Origin: Octopus bimaculoides
Lineage: Eukaryota
Assembly (NCBI RefSeq): GCF_001194135.2
Contig: NC_068999.1
Span: forward strand, 54,118,206 to 54,182,205
Direction of reading: 5' to 3'
Length of the DNA: 64,000 bases
Made by a program: the position numbers and the translations under genes. Below the pieces are notes generated by a model. It did not search any database. It was not told the origin of the DNA and worked only from the letters and a program-made list of their open reading frames with translations. The first letter of the stretch is position 1. Every line of letters begins with the position of its first letter. Shown here piece after piece: positions 11,811 through 64,000 of this stretch.

Positions 11811-13419
11811 AACACAATGTAGAAATTTTATCAAACTTATATTTAATTATCTTTTTATTAAAAAAAATCTTTATTGTTTTAATTTCACCAAATGGTCCAG
11901 ATTCAAACTGATTTAGATTTTTCGATTGTTTCTGGTTAGTTTGGTTAATCTTTTGTCTGAATGATTCTCTGTGTAGTCTACAGTGGCAGTCATCATAGTT
12001 TCCAGTTTTAATCCAGGCTGCATTTGTAATGATTCAATTTTCTGTGATATATTGATTTCCAACTCGGGTACAAAAAGCCATACATTTGTGGGGAAGCATT
12101 ACATGCACCAAGGAATGACTGCACTGATTCAAAGGTCATATGTCTAACCCTCATATATAACTGCAATGCATTCATACAAAAGGCAAAGTCAGCCCTAATG
12201 AGAATTGAACTCAAAACATCAAAGGGAAAATGCTAAACATCTCGAGCCCATCACTTTAGTGTTTCTGCTATGCCACCACCATTGTTCTACATTTTTAGAA
12301 TTTATTTTACATGAAATATAAAAATATAAAATTAAAACACATTATTTACTGAGTTTTGGTGAGACTTTTATTAAAAGGTTGTCTGGGAACAGGAGATTTG
12401 GTACTTCATAGTTCCATTCAGATTGAAATTTGAAATCATCCTTTCTGGGATCAATGGAATGATGCCCAAGGGAAGAAGTCAAGTTATGAAGGATCACAGT
12501 TATGCCTCACAAACTCTGAAGTGTAATGATTATGGGTTCTTCTTGTCAGCATCTGCTGCCACTCGTTATCTGGACAATATCTACAGACTCCCCAGCCAAC
12601 TGTCACAGTTTCTCAGTCTGTTCAGCAGTTGTGTGCTTTCTATGCAGCCAACATTTACAGATATATCTATACACATCCATTCTGTATCCAAACTCTGTAT
12701 CATCTATCTAGTTAATATCTACAGTCATATATAAGCTGTTAACCCTGAAGACTGTGACATGCACGCTCACACTCACACACACACACACACACACACGCAC
12801 ATGCACATGCACACATACACAAATACATATATAAAGACAGAGAGAGGGAAACTACACTTTCTATCTACTCAGCATCTACACATTGTGTCTATCCAGTCAG
12901 CAACTACACTGTATCAATCAAATTAACACCTACATACTGTGTCTAACCAGCCAGCATATATACTATGTCTACTCAGTCAGTATCTAAAATCTGTGTCTGC
13001 TCAGTCTGTGTATATCTACAAATGCCAATAGCAACTGGGACTTTCTAACCACAGACATTATATAGTTGAGTAAATGAGGTTGGATATCGACAGTTTTGAT
13101 CATTTTAATTTGACCATTTCTAAAGTATCAGATAAATAAGAAAATCAATAAATCCAACTTTCAAGTAACCATTTTTGAAGAATCCTGAACGATGGAATCA
13201 GAAATAGCGAAAATGAGTTCATTTTGGTTATTCTATTTTAAAATTATATTTTTTCTTCTGAATATTAGAAAAAAATGAGAGAATTGACTGAACAAATTGG
13301 AGGCAGATTCTATTTCCCTCTCAACCCAAAAATCTACTTTTCTGTACAAGTCTGCGATGATCCAGCAGAATATCATATGATATTGGAGTATTGGCATCTA
13401 AAATAAAATGGGGTTTCTG

Positions 13420-52523
<39,104 letters not shown>

Positions 52524-53149
52524 TGCAAATAACTAATGTAGAAAATGGGTTAAACCTTTAAAAAAAAAAGAAAAGAAAAATAATGAGTAAAAATAGTTCA
52601 TATAACAACTACAAAATAAAACAAAAAGTTTATAAAGCTTGTTAAATTGTAGTTAATTGAAGGTTATAAAATAGGGCTCATTGTGAAAGACCCTTAAATA
52701 AATGATGAGGATAACAATAACAATTTCACACACTGACACAATGCCAAGAGTAAGGAAGAGGTGTAACCAGTATGTTACTGGTATCTAGATTACTGATCTT
52801 GAAGGGTTTAAAGGTAAAGCTGACTCCCCAAGGGAACAGAACTCAGAACTTTAAGGGATGTAATTATATACCACGAGATATTTAGTCCAACACTACTACT
52901 TTTGCTCTGGGTCAGCTCTTTGAAATTAAAAGAATGACCACACCTTCTCTTAAACAAAAGTCAAGTCACAGCCCAGTCTGGAGGAAGGTACAGTACTCGT
53001 TACCTTTGTAGGTCCTCCAAAACTAGTCAGACTGGTATGATTGATATGCATTTTGAACAGCTGAAATTTGATGTTTGCAAGGGAACAAATGTGTTTTAGA
53101 GAATTCTAAAGAGTTGACTTTCTAGAAGAGAAAGACTGGGTAAAGGGGA

Positions 53150-53658
53150 AGTGCAGGGCCTGGTGAGGAGGAGGCATAAAATAAATGACAAAAGGAGAAG
53201 AGACAGGTGTGAAGGAAGGAATTGGATGGAGGTTGTAGATAACTAACGAGCTATGAGAAGCAGAGGCTGTTTATTGTAGCGGTGGGAGAACCAGAGTGAG
53301 GAGACATTGTGTTTGTGCACTAGAGGTTGGTGTGATTTGGAGAATGGTTCCTCACCAATCAGTTGAATGGTTTTTATTTGGATGTAAGTCATGGATATTT
53401 ATATGTTGCAGTAGCACAGTTCTAGATGAAGGAACAATGTTCCACGGTGGACTTGAGTTGAGCTTTGCAGAGTGTCAGTAGGTGTTGGGGTCTGAAGTAA
53501 TTTCTGACTCTAAAGTAGAAATTAGCTCTTGGGACATGGTTTTTGTTATGTTACATATGTGAGACTGCTTGGAGAGACCACCAAGGATTGTGAAACCTAA
53601 CATTTGTAGTGACTTTAGGGATTTTATGTTGCCCATGACTAGAGAGAGAGAGGGGGGA

Positions 53659-53738
<80 letters not shown>

Positions 53739-55350
53739 AGTGTAGAAGATTGTTTCCTTGGCATGTGCAATGAATGCATCTCTGAGCTGTTAGGGGAGAC
53801 AAAGACTGTCATGTCTTGTAGAATGTTTTGGAAATCTTTGCTAATGGAGGCAGTTTGACTTGCATGCTGGCTAAGGATGATGCTTTTGTTTGGAATGTTA
53901 TGAAGATATGAAGAATGCCATCATCAGTAAAAAAGCAAATATTATCAAAGGTGACAGCAAGTCAAGTCATTAATTCACAAGAGGAACTATGTGAATGACG
54001 TAAGAGAGCTTTGGGATATACCAAAGTTAAGCGAGTGTTGATGAGAGAGAGTCCCTTCTATGCCTGTTGCATTGGTATGATTTCGACTGGAAGCTTCCAA
54101 CCCAAGAGACTAGAATCAAACGAAGCCCATTAGCAATTTAGTGAGATGTTCATTCCATACACAGTCACACTGATTTAAAGTACAGTAGTAGTGTTTGTAC
54201 CAAATTTCTTAAAGGTGAGGAGGCACTGATGAATGTCATAGCAAAGAAGATCCAAGCAGAGCTGACTCTTTGATGAAAAGTGAGGTAAGAGAGAGGGACT
54301 GAAGGTATTGGAGAAAGTGGCTGTTAAATGTCTTCATCACTTTAAGATGTTGACACTGAGAGCAATAAGCTGATAGTTGGTGGGGTTTGAGGAGTTAGCT
54401 TTCTTGAGGCTGGGATACACAGTTGTATTTTCCTGGTGTTCATACTTGCCATATACATGTATGCAGTGGTGAAACTGGTTCACTGGTAATGGAGAGTTTT
54501 GTTTGTGTTTTACCAAGTGTGTACAAAATGAAGTGGGAAGTAAACTGGAACAGGATGTATGGTTTGTGTATTGGTCGAAAGTCTACAAATGTTTGATAAA
54601 CAGATGGAAAATGTCTTGCAATTTTGGCATTATTCTTTGATTGAAGAATTTTTTTAATGATTTTGGTTTGGTTTGCTTGTGGAGGAGACAAGAAGAGATC
54701 ACAACTTTGAATTGATGCATGTAACCCAGTTAAGTGTTAATGATTTAGGATCTGTTTTTTGAAATTTTGTACTTACTGGGACACCAATCACAAGCTAGAC
54801 AAATAAAGGTCATAGGATTATGTACCTGCTGAGAGGGAGCTTCTTGAGATGTCACTCATAGATCGTATCTTGAACACTATCTGGCAACAGGCCTTTGTTC
54901 AGAAACCTTTTGCTTCTGTATCCTTGCACAAATAATGGCACCATGCATAGCAAAGAGAAGTGGCAGCCAGTGCACCAAGGAATCATGATTCAAATGATTG
55001 CAGTTGAAGTCTGATTCATATGATTGCAACTGAGTAAAATTCATTAAAATCAATCACCAGCCAGATGTGATATTAAGTTGAGTGACTTATTTGGCCTACT
55101 ACCAAGGAAAAAGAAAAGAGGGGAAAAAGAATCAAGGCCAAGATGTTTCATTATGTGACCAGCATTAGTGAGATTGTCTCAGAATCCTCTCTACCTTCTA
55201 AAAGTAGTTGACAGAATGACAAGATCAGGGATCTTAGATGTGCTGACTTTATTGCTCGTGAAGAAATCACAGCCGTCATGGGGTGATTTGTTGTTGGTTC
55301 AGCTGTTATGAATACAGAGACACGTGTAAAACATGGCTTTAGGCCAATGA
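53150..55350 (-). mobile_element. Long degenerate CR1/L2-group LINE ORF2, interrupted by (GA)n
   Basis: LKKANSSNPTNYQLIAL (RT1), FGISQSS..INDL (RT4), FFTDD (YADD equivalent), FRVRNYFRPQHLLTLCKAQLKSTVEHCS, QPLVHKHNVSSL; many stops. Confidence 0.8.
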
Positions 55351-55455
55351 ACTAAATACCAGTCAATTGCCCTTTGTAACAGAATAAAATAAGTTTAATT
55401 GAAATCAAAGAATAACTAAAAACTACAAACTTGATGCTAAATAGCAGTCACTCAC

Positions 55456-55533
55456 CTTTGTTACAGAATGAAATAAATTAAAGAAATTTAAATTCAGATC
55501 TGACTGAGAAACAGTATGTTTGATACAAAGATT
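55456..55533 (-). other. Candidate NHE 5'UTR exon
   Basis: Perfect donor CAAAG|GTGAGT at 55455; acceptor uncertain (55534 or 55504); no in-frame ATG. Confidence 0.45.
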
Positions 55534-56484
55534 CTTGTATTCATGATAGATTTAAATAAATTGTGTAGTTATTATTTATAAAAGTAAATGGATAATAACA
55601 ATAAAATTGATAAAAAAACAAGCACACTTTAACCCTTTAACATTTAAACAGGTTATATCAGGCCCAAATATTCTACCTGTTTTATGTTCAAACCAGGCAG
55701 ATCTGGCCTTTCACACCTACCCTACAATGTCATACTGAAAATAAACAGTCACATCATTGAACTTTCAAAGCCACTAGATAATGCATGATTAATTGAAAAC
55801 AACATGCATAAATAAGCATAGTACAAACTATGATGAAGGGTAGCCAGTGTGTTCCATTAGACAATCTAAAATACTATTAAATTTCATTCAATTTTAAAAA
55901 AGGTAAAATTGGACAGAACTTATGGGATGACCTGATAGTTACTAGAAAGTTTTTATAGATATCATGAGTTTTCTTTCTTTTCTTTTTTTCCTTGTTTCTT
56001 TTCTTAACTAGATTTCTCTTTAAGTATGAAAATGGTTAATGTATTTTATATGTCATTTTAATAGCTAAGGTAGTTATTTTATCTTTTGGTCAGTTGTTCA
56101 AAGTTACGTTTTGGTCAGTGTGTGAGTGACCTATCTCTTAAGTTTGAACTCATAGGTCTATTGTTAATTTGAGATTAATTCTGCTTTGTTCTCTTTCTCT
56201 TCCTCTCTTCTCCTAAGACATTTTTTGTTCATATGCCTACTCAGTTAGAACTGACTTAGGTTTAAAAGACAGCAATAGGCAAGGATATTGTTCAAGATAT
56301 ATAATGACTGAGAGAACGACAGGATAGTCATGGCTGGAGAAATTTGATCATATACCTATTCGATCAGGGTTGACTTGAATCTAAACAGCAACAACCAGCC
56401 TGTTATTGTTTTGACACAGTATTGATATTTTTCATCACTTTACACTGTTATAACAGAAGGTGATCATTTATATTTTTCACTCTT

Positions 56485-56687
56485 TTACTCTTTTACTTGT
56501 TTCAGTCATTTGACTGTGGCTATGCTGGAGCACCGCCTTTAGTCAAGCAAATCGACCCCAGGACTTATTCTTTGTAAGCCTGGTACTTATTCTATTGGTC
56601 TCTTTTGCCAAACCGTTAAGTTATGGGTACGTAAACACACCAGCATCAGTTGTCAAGCGATGTTGGGGGGGGGGGGCAAACACAGAC

Positions 56688-56700
<13 letters not shown>
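56485..56700 (+). mobile_element. Interspersed SINE-like repeat (family B); others ~14960-15110, 23170-23330, 46820-47010, 63075-63290, 63545-63770
   Basis: TTTTACTTGTTTCAGTCAT...GCTGGAGCACC...CTAAGTTA...GTAAACACACCAGCA shared among copies. Confidence 0.8.
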
Positions 56701-56722
<22 letters not shown>

Positions 56723-56904
56723 ACAGGCTTCTTTCAATTTCCGTTTACCAAATCCACTCACAAGGCTTTGGTCGGCCTGAAGTTAGAGTAGAAGACACTT
56801 GCCCAAGATGCCACGCAGTGGGACTGAACCCAGAACCATGTCGTTGGTAAGCTAGCCACTTACCACACAGCCTCTCCTACGCCCATGTCAATGAAATAAA
56901 GGAC

Positions 56905-57095
56905 TGAAGGCAGCAAGCTGGCGCAATCAGCGTTTTGTCCGTCTTTACATTCTGAGTTCAAATTCTACCAAGGTCGACTTTGCTTTTATCCTTTCAGAGT
57001 CGATAAGATAAGTTCCAGTTGATCACAGGGGTTGATACAATCAACTTATCCTCACTCTCTGAATTGTTGGCCTTATGCCAAAATTTGAAACCAAT
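56905..57095 (+). mobile_element. tRNA-like SINE (family C); others ~2200-2460(-), 18335-18450(-), 19325-19530(-), 23380-23600(-), 24215-24390, 30570-30755, 42180-42390(-), 44775-44990, 46640-46800(-), 57725-57925
   Basis: TTCTGAGTTCAAATTC (B-box-like)...GTCGACTTTGC...TAAGTACCAGTTG...GGCCTTGTGCCAAAATTTGAAACC. Confidence 0.8.
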
Positions 57096-57363
57096 AAAAT
57101 AGGGGACCAATGACAAAAAGTTCAGGTACAATCGTTTCTTCAGTAAATTTTTCTAAGCCAGAGGAAGAATGAATGAATGAATGAATGAATGAATGAATGA
57201 AAGACAGACTGAAAGAAAGAAAGAAAAAGCAGATGCTTGTAATGATTGTAAAGTTTATTTTTACATTCCGTGGAATCTCATAAATGCTTGTCAAAGAGAA
57301 GTAACTTTTTAAAGTACAAGATATGAACCACTTGGCCTACATCAAGTCTTGCTTCACACTTAC

Positions 57364-57610
57364 TTCACGTCTAGTCATTGCAGTCAATATGAAGTAACTT
57401 CTGTTTACAAACGTAACCACAAGTTGGCAAACAGGAACTAATTTCAAATTCAGCTCACATTTTATTTTACCATGAAACATTTGTACTGAGTCATGGTAAA
57501 TATACACACTTAGTTCAGAGGGGGAAATAAAAAGAATCCCCCAAAATCCTTATGTTCTATGACATTTATAAAAAAAAATACATTCTAGAAGTGCTCTAAT
57601 GACGTCAAAT
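57364..57610 (-). promoter_or_regulatory. Candidate NHE first exon and promoter
   Basis: Donor AA|GTAAGT at 57363; forkhead-type TGTTTAC 57402-57408; AP-1 TGAGTCA 57487-57493; TATAAA (minus) 57570-57565; palindromic CRE TGACGTCA 57600-57607; repeat-free sequence. Confidence 0.35.
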
Positions 57611-57925
57611 AATATTGCTTCCTTTTATTTGCTCTACTCCACCTCTTGCTGTTTTTTGTATTTCATCCATGCATTGTCCCCAACACCTTGGACCACTTTT
57701 ACTAATAAAAGAATTTATTATTATTAGCATGTTGGATAAACTGCTTAGTAGCATATCTTCCAGCTTTTTACATTCTGAGTTCAAACTCCACTGAGGTTGA
57801 CTCTGCCTTTCATCTTTTCTTTTAGGATCTATAAAATAAGAACTAGTTGAACATTAGGGTTATGTAATTAGCTAATACCCTCTACACAAAAATTTCAAGA
57901 CCTTGTGCCTATAGTAGAAAGAATT

Positions 57926-57970
<45 letters not shown>

Positions 57971-60329
57971 ATTATGGTGGTGGATTGACAGAATTATTAG
58001 AGTGCCTAACAAAATATCTTGTGGCATTTCTTCTGATTATGTACATAAAGAGTTTAAATCCTGCTGGGGTTGATAAAATCAAAGTACCACTCAAGTACTG
58101 GGGTTGATGGTACTGACTAAATCCCTTGCATCAAAATTGCTGACTTAGTGCCTAAATAAGAAACCATTATTATCATTATTATTATTATTATTTTGTTGAT
58201 GGGAGAATTTATGTCTTTATCTGTTGTCATCTGCACACCTGTTCTCATCAGCACACCTGTTCTCATCCAATCACTACCAAAATGAACCAATGTAAAGACT
58301 AGCAACTACTTAAATGGGAAAGGGTGGGGAGAGGTCAATACTTAAACCAAAAGGTGGGGGTGGCAGCATTGAAACAAGCTGATGTCCACTATTATTCAGG
58401 CTGTTTGTACATAACTTGATAATCTGTGATTATCTGTAGATGTTGACTCCATACATACATGTTGTGTGTATATATTGCCTGCTGTTGACTATATGGCTGA
58501 GTACATCCTATAAATGTCAGCTGTCATCACAGGTTCAGCTTGTACAAATTGACTAGAGGAAACGACTTTATGTTGAGTGGAGCCAGTGAAAAAGCCTCTA
58601 TCTGGTCACTCGGTTTGTAAAAAATAGCAGCTAGATTTCCCTCTAATCTTATCCTAAATGAAGACATAATATATGATGTTGCCTACATGCCACTTAAAAC
58701 ACAGAATAATACAGCTTGAACACCTATAATGAAAGGCTTGCTCAATCAAACTTAACTGGAGACTTAACAAGTTGACAGTATTTACACAGTGAGAAAATTG
58801 TTTACTGTATAAACATAGCCTGAAGATGTTTATTGTATAGTTAAGTTAACCTGTGTATGGACTTATTTTGTTGTATCTTGGGAGGGTCATTATATCAATA
58901 ATAAGAACACACATTGGTTTTATTTCACTTCTTTTATCATTAGTTGTCTAGATTCCCCAACTTCTATACCAAACTCTAGCAAGAGACAATAAATAGCAGA
59001 GAACAGACACTTTATTCATATTATATGTAACCCATGACCATAGGAATTCCACTATATCCCATAACATTATGATAAATGTACTAATAGCAGACTTAGAATA
59101 ACGAATAATAGATTTCCCCTCATGCCAATCCTGTGATATTAAGTAGCATACAGAAAACGTCATGCACTGCATGCAGTTCTCAGGTTATATATATATATAT
59201 ATATATATNNNNNNNNNNNNNNNNNNNNNNNNNNNNNNNNNNNNNNNNNNNNNNNNNNNNNNNNNNNNNNNNNNNNNNNNNNNNNNNNNNNNNNNNNNNN
59301 NNNNNNNNNNNNNNNNNNNNNNNNNNNNNNNNNNNNNNNNNNNNNNNNNNNNNNNNNNNNNNNNNNNNNNNNNNNNNNNNNNNNNNNNNNNNNNNNNNNN
59401 NNNNNNNNNNNNNNNNNNNNNNNNNNNNNNNNNNNNNNNNNNNNNNNNNNNNNNNNNNNNNNNNNNNNNNNNNNNNNNNNNNNNNNNNNNNNNNNNNNNN
59501 NNNNNNNNNNNNNNNNNNNNNNNNNNNNNNNNNNNNNNNNNNNNNNNNNNNNNNNNNNNATATATATATATATAATCATTTTCATCATTAATATCCATGT
59601 TCTGTGTTGGCATATGTTGGACGGACAGTTTGACAAGATCTGATGTGTCCAAGGACTGCATTGAGCTCCAGTGTCTGCTTCGGCAAGGTTTTTATGGCTG
59701 GATAGCCTCCCTAATGCCAACCACTCTACAGAGAGGACTGTATGCATTTTTTGTGTGCCACATGCACTGTTGGGGGTCATCATGATGTTTGCAATACTAC
59801 AAGCCCTGGAGGAGGTGGGTATTGGTCAGCTTCATGTTTGGGGATGAGGGAATTACTATGAGAGACAGGGAAGAGCAAGTTCAGAGTGATCTGCATGGCT
59901 ACTCACATCTAGTTGGGGTAAAGAGGGTAGTGGTGGAAAGAAAGAGAAAATGATCAGTAGGAGCTGCAAGGCATAGATAATGGTGATAAGGTACCCAGGT
60001 GTCCCTACAAAGAATAAGCTAAGTAGAAATGGGTGGGTGACTTGCAAGATTGTATGTGAAGGTGAATGACGGGTGGGGAGGCAGACTGCCAAAATGGGTT
60101 GGGTTGAAGGGTGAATGAGATAAGAGAAATGAGGGGGAGAAATAGAGGGATGCAGAAGAGTTGGGAGGCCAGCAGCAGGAGTAGAAAAAATGATATAGTT
60201 GCCAGGGAAGGGGACAAGACAGGGGGAAGGGGAAGAAGCAGGCATAATGCATGAGGTAGGAATCACTATAACAGGTGGAGAACACAGAATAAAGTGCTTC
60301 CAGAACTCAGTTTTGCTAAGTTGGGGTGG

Positions 60330-60490
60330 GGGGAAATCTTTTTGAGAAGCTCATATCACCAGAGACCCTGGTCCTTTGTCATCTCATCCATCAGGCTCAG
60401 GGACCTGAGCTCAGCTTTCGCCCCTTGGTCTAACGCTTTCCTGGATCTTTTTCTTTTGCAGGTTCTAGCTACATTAAGCAAACAACACTT
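60330..60490 (-). mobile_element. RTE LINE 3' coding remnant
   Basis: RSRKALDQGAKAELRSLSLMDEMTKDQGLW*YELLKK, homologous to the 11600-11790 fragment. Confidence 0.6.
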
Positions 60491-61905
60491 GTTAACATAA
60501 CCTTCCTTTTTCATAAACATCACAGGTGCATATCAGCACACACACACACACACACACGCGCGCGATGATGATGATGTGTATATATATATATATATATATA
60601 CACATACATACACACATTTATATACACATGCATACACATACATACACACACACATATACACATACATACACATATATATACACATACACACATATATATA
60701 CACATACACACATATATATACACATACATACATACACACATACGATAGGCTTCCACACAGTTTCCATCAACCAAATTTACTGACAAGGCATGAATCAGCC
60801 TGGGGCTATAGTGGAAGACACTTTCCCAAGATGCTGCATAGTGGAACTGAACCCAAATCTATGTAGTTTCCTAAGTGAGCTTCTTAACCACACAGCCATG
60901 CCTGTGCCTATATGGGAAGATTAATGGGGTAAGTGATCTCAGTAAGAAAGGGATCTTAGAAAAGAAATTCATTCTCTAAAAGGGTTGGTAGGAAACAAGA
61001 TTCATTCTCTGAGTTGTAAGTCTAGCTTCATTACATAATTACAGACATTGTATTTCTTGTCATAGTTTCTTGGCCTAATTTCACGGACAAAGCCTCTTTA
61101 CACTCTGTCACTCTGTTATCTGTTTGTTGCTGTTATTGCTGTTGTTGGCATTGATGATACTATTGTTGTTGTTGTTGTGTTCACCAATAATGGTGAAGTC
61201 AATATGTCTTTAATCCCAATATCATCAGCTTTAATACCTGAACTTTACTCTTGTGATAACAGTTGACTTACATCAGCAATGACAATGACGATGATGACGA
61301 CAACAGCAACAACAACAGCAACAATAATCCATCCTTAATATCTCAGTCACTACACCACCACCACCACCACTATCATCAACAACACCAATACTGATACAGC
61401 ATATCCTTGCTACAGTCTGTTTTTTTATTTTTTTACAAAGAACACAACTAAATACTTGCAATGAATACAACAAAGAGCAAAAAAAAATAATAATAATAAT
61501 TCAAAAGTCAAAAAGAAAATGAGGTACTTTCCTATTATCAACAGCCAATTTTTTCTATTATGAAAAGAATTAGTAAATTAACAAACTACTAGACTCCTAT
61601 TAGATTCATGAGACAACTGTAATAGTTAGTTGATCATTGAACTTTCAGAATAGCTATCACAACCTCATGGAGAAAAAGTACCTATTAATATTTACTGGAA
61701 AAATTGGAGAGAAAAAATATAAAAAGAAATAAACTAAATATTTTGGACCCAAAAATTCTTTCGCAGAAGGAAACATTTGCCCAATTCATTGTCCTCTTTC
61801 TTTCTTACCCATGGGGTAGTGACAGGTGTTCTAAAAGTCTGCCGATCAATTACTGCATCTTATGAATGTGATATTTTATTTTCTCACATTTCTAACGATA
61901 TATAT

Positions 61906-62220
61906 GAAGACGCATGGCTTAGTGGCTAGGATATTTAGCTCACAATCATAAGGTGATGAGTTTGATTCCTGACAGCATGTTGTATCCTTGAGCAAGACAT
62001 TTTGTTTCATGTTGCTCCAGTCCACTCAGCTGGTAAAATAAGTTGTATCTGTATTTCAAAGGGCCAGTCTTGCTATTTTCTGTGTCATGCCAAATCTCAC
62101 TGAGAACTGCATTTAGAGTAGTCTGTGGAGTGCTCAGTCACTTGTGCATTAATTTCACAAGCCAGCTGTTTCATTGATTGGATCCTCTGGAATCCTCATC
62201 ATTGTAATTGACAGAGTGCC
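61906..62220 (+). mobile_element. tRNA-derived SINE with CORE/V-like centre (family D2); also 20040-20345(-) and partial 36640-36790(-)
   Basis: TGGCTTAGTGG...GAGTTTGATTCC head, CCTTGAGCAAGACA...CTCCAGTCCACTCAGCTG centre, same 3' tail as D1. Confidence 0.75.
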
Positions 62221-62769
62221 ATCTTAGTATATAAAAATAAACTGGTTGGTGGCACTAGAAAAGTAGGAAAAATAATCAGTTTCAATGTAGTAAATTGTTT
62301 TTGTTGCTACTTATTCTTCTTCTCTGCTTCCTTTCTAGTTTGGCCATCATTGAGAAAAGCAGATCAGATTTTCTCTGATGCTGAGATGTAATTTTTTATA
62401 AAATAAATTTAATTTTTTGTAATTTCATTTCCTTTGTGATTGTTGTGAATTTTAATTCACAACAATGAACTTTAATTCACAGCAATCACAAAAGGTTGCT
62501 GTGGTTCAGCAAAAAGCGATCAATAAAATAAGTACCAGGCTTATAAAAATAAAGATATAAAGAAGTACTGATATCAATTCATTTGACCAAAACGTGAAGG
62601 TGATGCCCCAGCATGGTTACAGTCTAACGACTGAAACAAATATTGTTAAAGGCGTGAAGTTGTAAGGAACTTTTGGACGTTCACTGATGAAGGATTAGCT
62701 ACAAATTTTGTTTGTTATGTTTTTTTTTTTAATTTTCCATTTTTATTGTATTTCTGTTAAATTTTTGAA

Positions 62770-62816
<47 letters not shown>

Positions 62817-63268
62817 TCAAAAGGAAATAGACACTCCTCATTATATTGTTTTCTTTGTGCAGACACTACTCATCAGTACAATGTCCAAACGGGTTTATTC
62901 ATTAAAAACTGCACAAGGCATGACTACTAAATACTAGATTAAGTATTTAAATGCAATCAAATGACATTTTGTTTCTAGAAATAGATCTTTACAAAAAATG
63001 ATGGTGTTTATTTACTTTTAAGATGGCTGTGTGTGTGTATGTGTGTGTGTGTGTGTGTGTGTCTTTATCTTTTATCTTTCACTTGTTTCAGTCATTAGAC
63101 TGCAGCCATGCTGGGGCACCACCTTGAAGAATTGTTAGTCAAATGGATCAACACCAGTATTTATTTTTCTTTTTTTAAAGCCTGGTACTTATTCTATCAA
63201 TCTCTTTTGCAGAACCACTAAGTTATGGGGGCATAAAAGTGTACCAATACTGGTCGTCAAAAGAGACA

Positions 63269-63314
<46 letters not shown>

Positions 63315-63767
63315 TGTATGCAAGTAATGCATTTAATTTACTTTCTGAGGATGAGATGCTTTTGCATATCAACCGTTTCTTGTTGTCTACGTCTTTATGT
63401 ATTCACATCATAAATGTACATCACCATATAAGCATCCACACATCTGGGTTTATAAGGGCATGTTTATATGTAAATGCATACACATATATGTGCATATGCA
63501 TGCACATTCATGCACATTAATATATATGGGTGTATATTTGTTTATCTTTTATCTTTTACAGACTTCACTCATTGGACTGCAGCCATGCTGGAGCATTGCT
63601 TTGAGGGTTTTAGATGAACAAGTTGACCCCAGTACTTACTTACATTCTAAAGTTTGATATTTATCTTATCATTCTCTTTTACTGAATTACTAAGTTACAA
63701 GGACATAGACAAACCAGCACCAATTGTGAAATGGTGGTTAGAGACAAACACAAAGTCATACACACAC

Positions 63768-63798
<31 letters not shown>

Positions 63799-63874
63799 TG
63801 TATGTATGTATGTATGTATGTGTGTGTGTGTATATNNNNNNNNNNNNNNNNNNNNNNNNNNNNNNNNNNNNNNN

Positions 63875-63924
<50 letters not shown>

Positions 63925-64000
63925 CCTCATACCTTTGCCATGTAAAAGTGCCTCCATGCTGGTATTATGTAAAAAGCACCCAGTACACTCTGAAAAGGGG

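Noticed and set aside
59840-60280. Purine-rich strand-biased block (similar to 2940-3420), including ORF 59856-60266
   Set aside because: Low-complexity composition explains the P/S/L-rich ORFs; no domain or splice support.
62830-62880. Minus-strand CTGATGA...GAAA hammerhead-like spacing
   Set aside because: No stem II adjacent to the core and no stem I pairing.

Overview
AT-rich, microsatellite- and SINE-dense animal DNA from a gapped draft assembly. The repeat families resemble those I recall from Octopus (coleoid cephalopod); the species call is inference. Two convergent protein-coding genes can be reconstructed from splice signals and continuous reading phase. (1) A plus-strand 13-finger C2H2 zinc-finger gene, CDS 7681-9223 + 9801-11029 (923 aa), with the intron splitting finger 11. 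(2) A minus-strand plasma-membrane-type Na+/H+ exchanger (SLC9A/NHE) with 20 coding exons from 52523 down to 13420 (744 aa). All of its introns are GT-AG and phase-consistent, and most exons are too short to appear as separate ORFs. The rest is intron or intergenic sequence with decayed Tc1/mariner, hAT-, piggyBac- and Helentron-like DNA elements, CR1/L2, RTE and RLE-type LINE fragments, several SINE families and microsatellites. No CRISPR array, rRNA or genuine tRNA gene was seen. The least expected signals are a type-I minimal hammerhead-ribozyme-like motif inside a 316-bp terminally redundant unit in NHE intron 17, an 86-nt pre-miRNA-like hairpin in NHE intron 7, and the divergent features of the NHE itself (mucin-like ectodomain, TM substitutions, short tail ending in -SRL).
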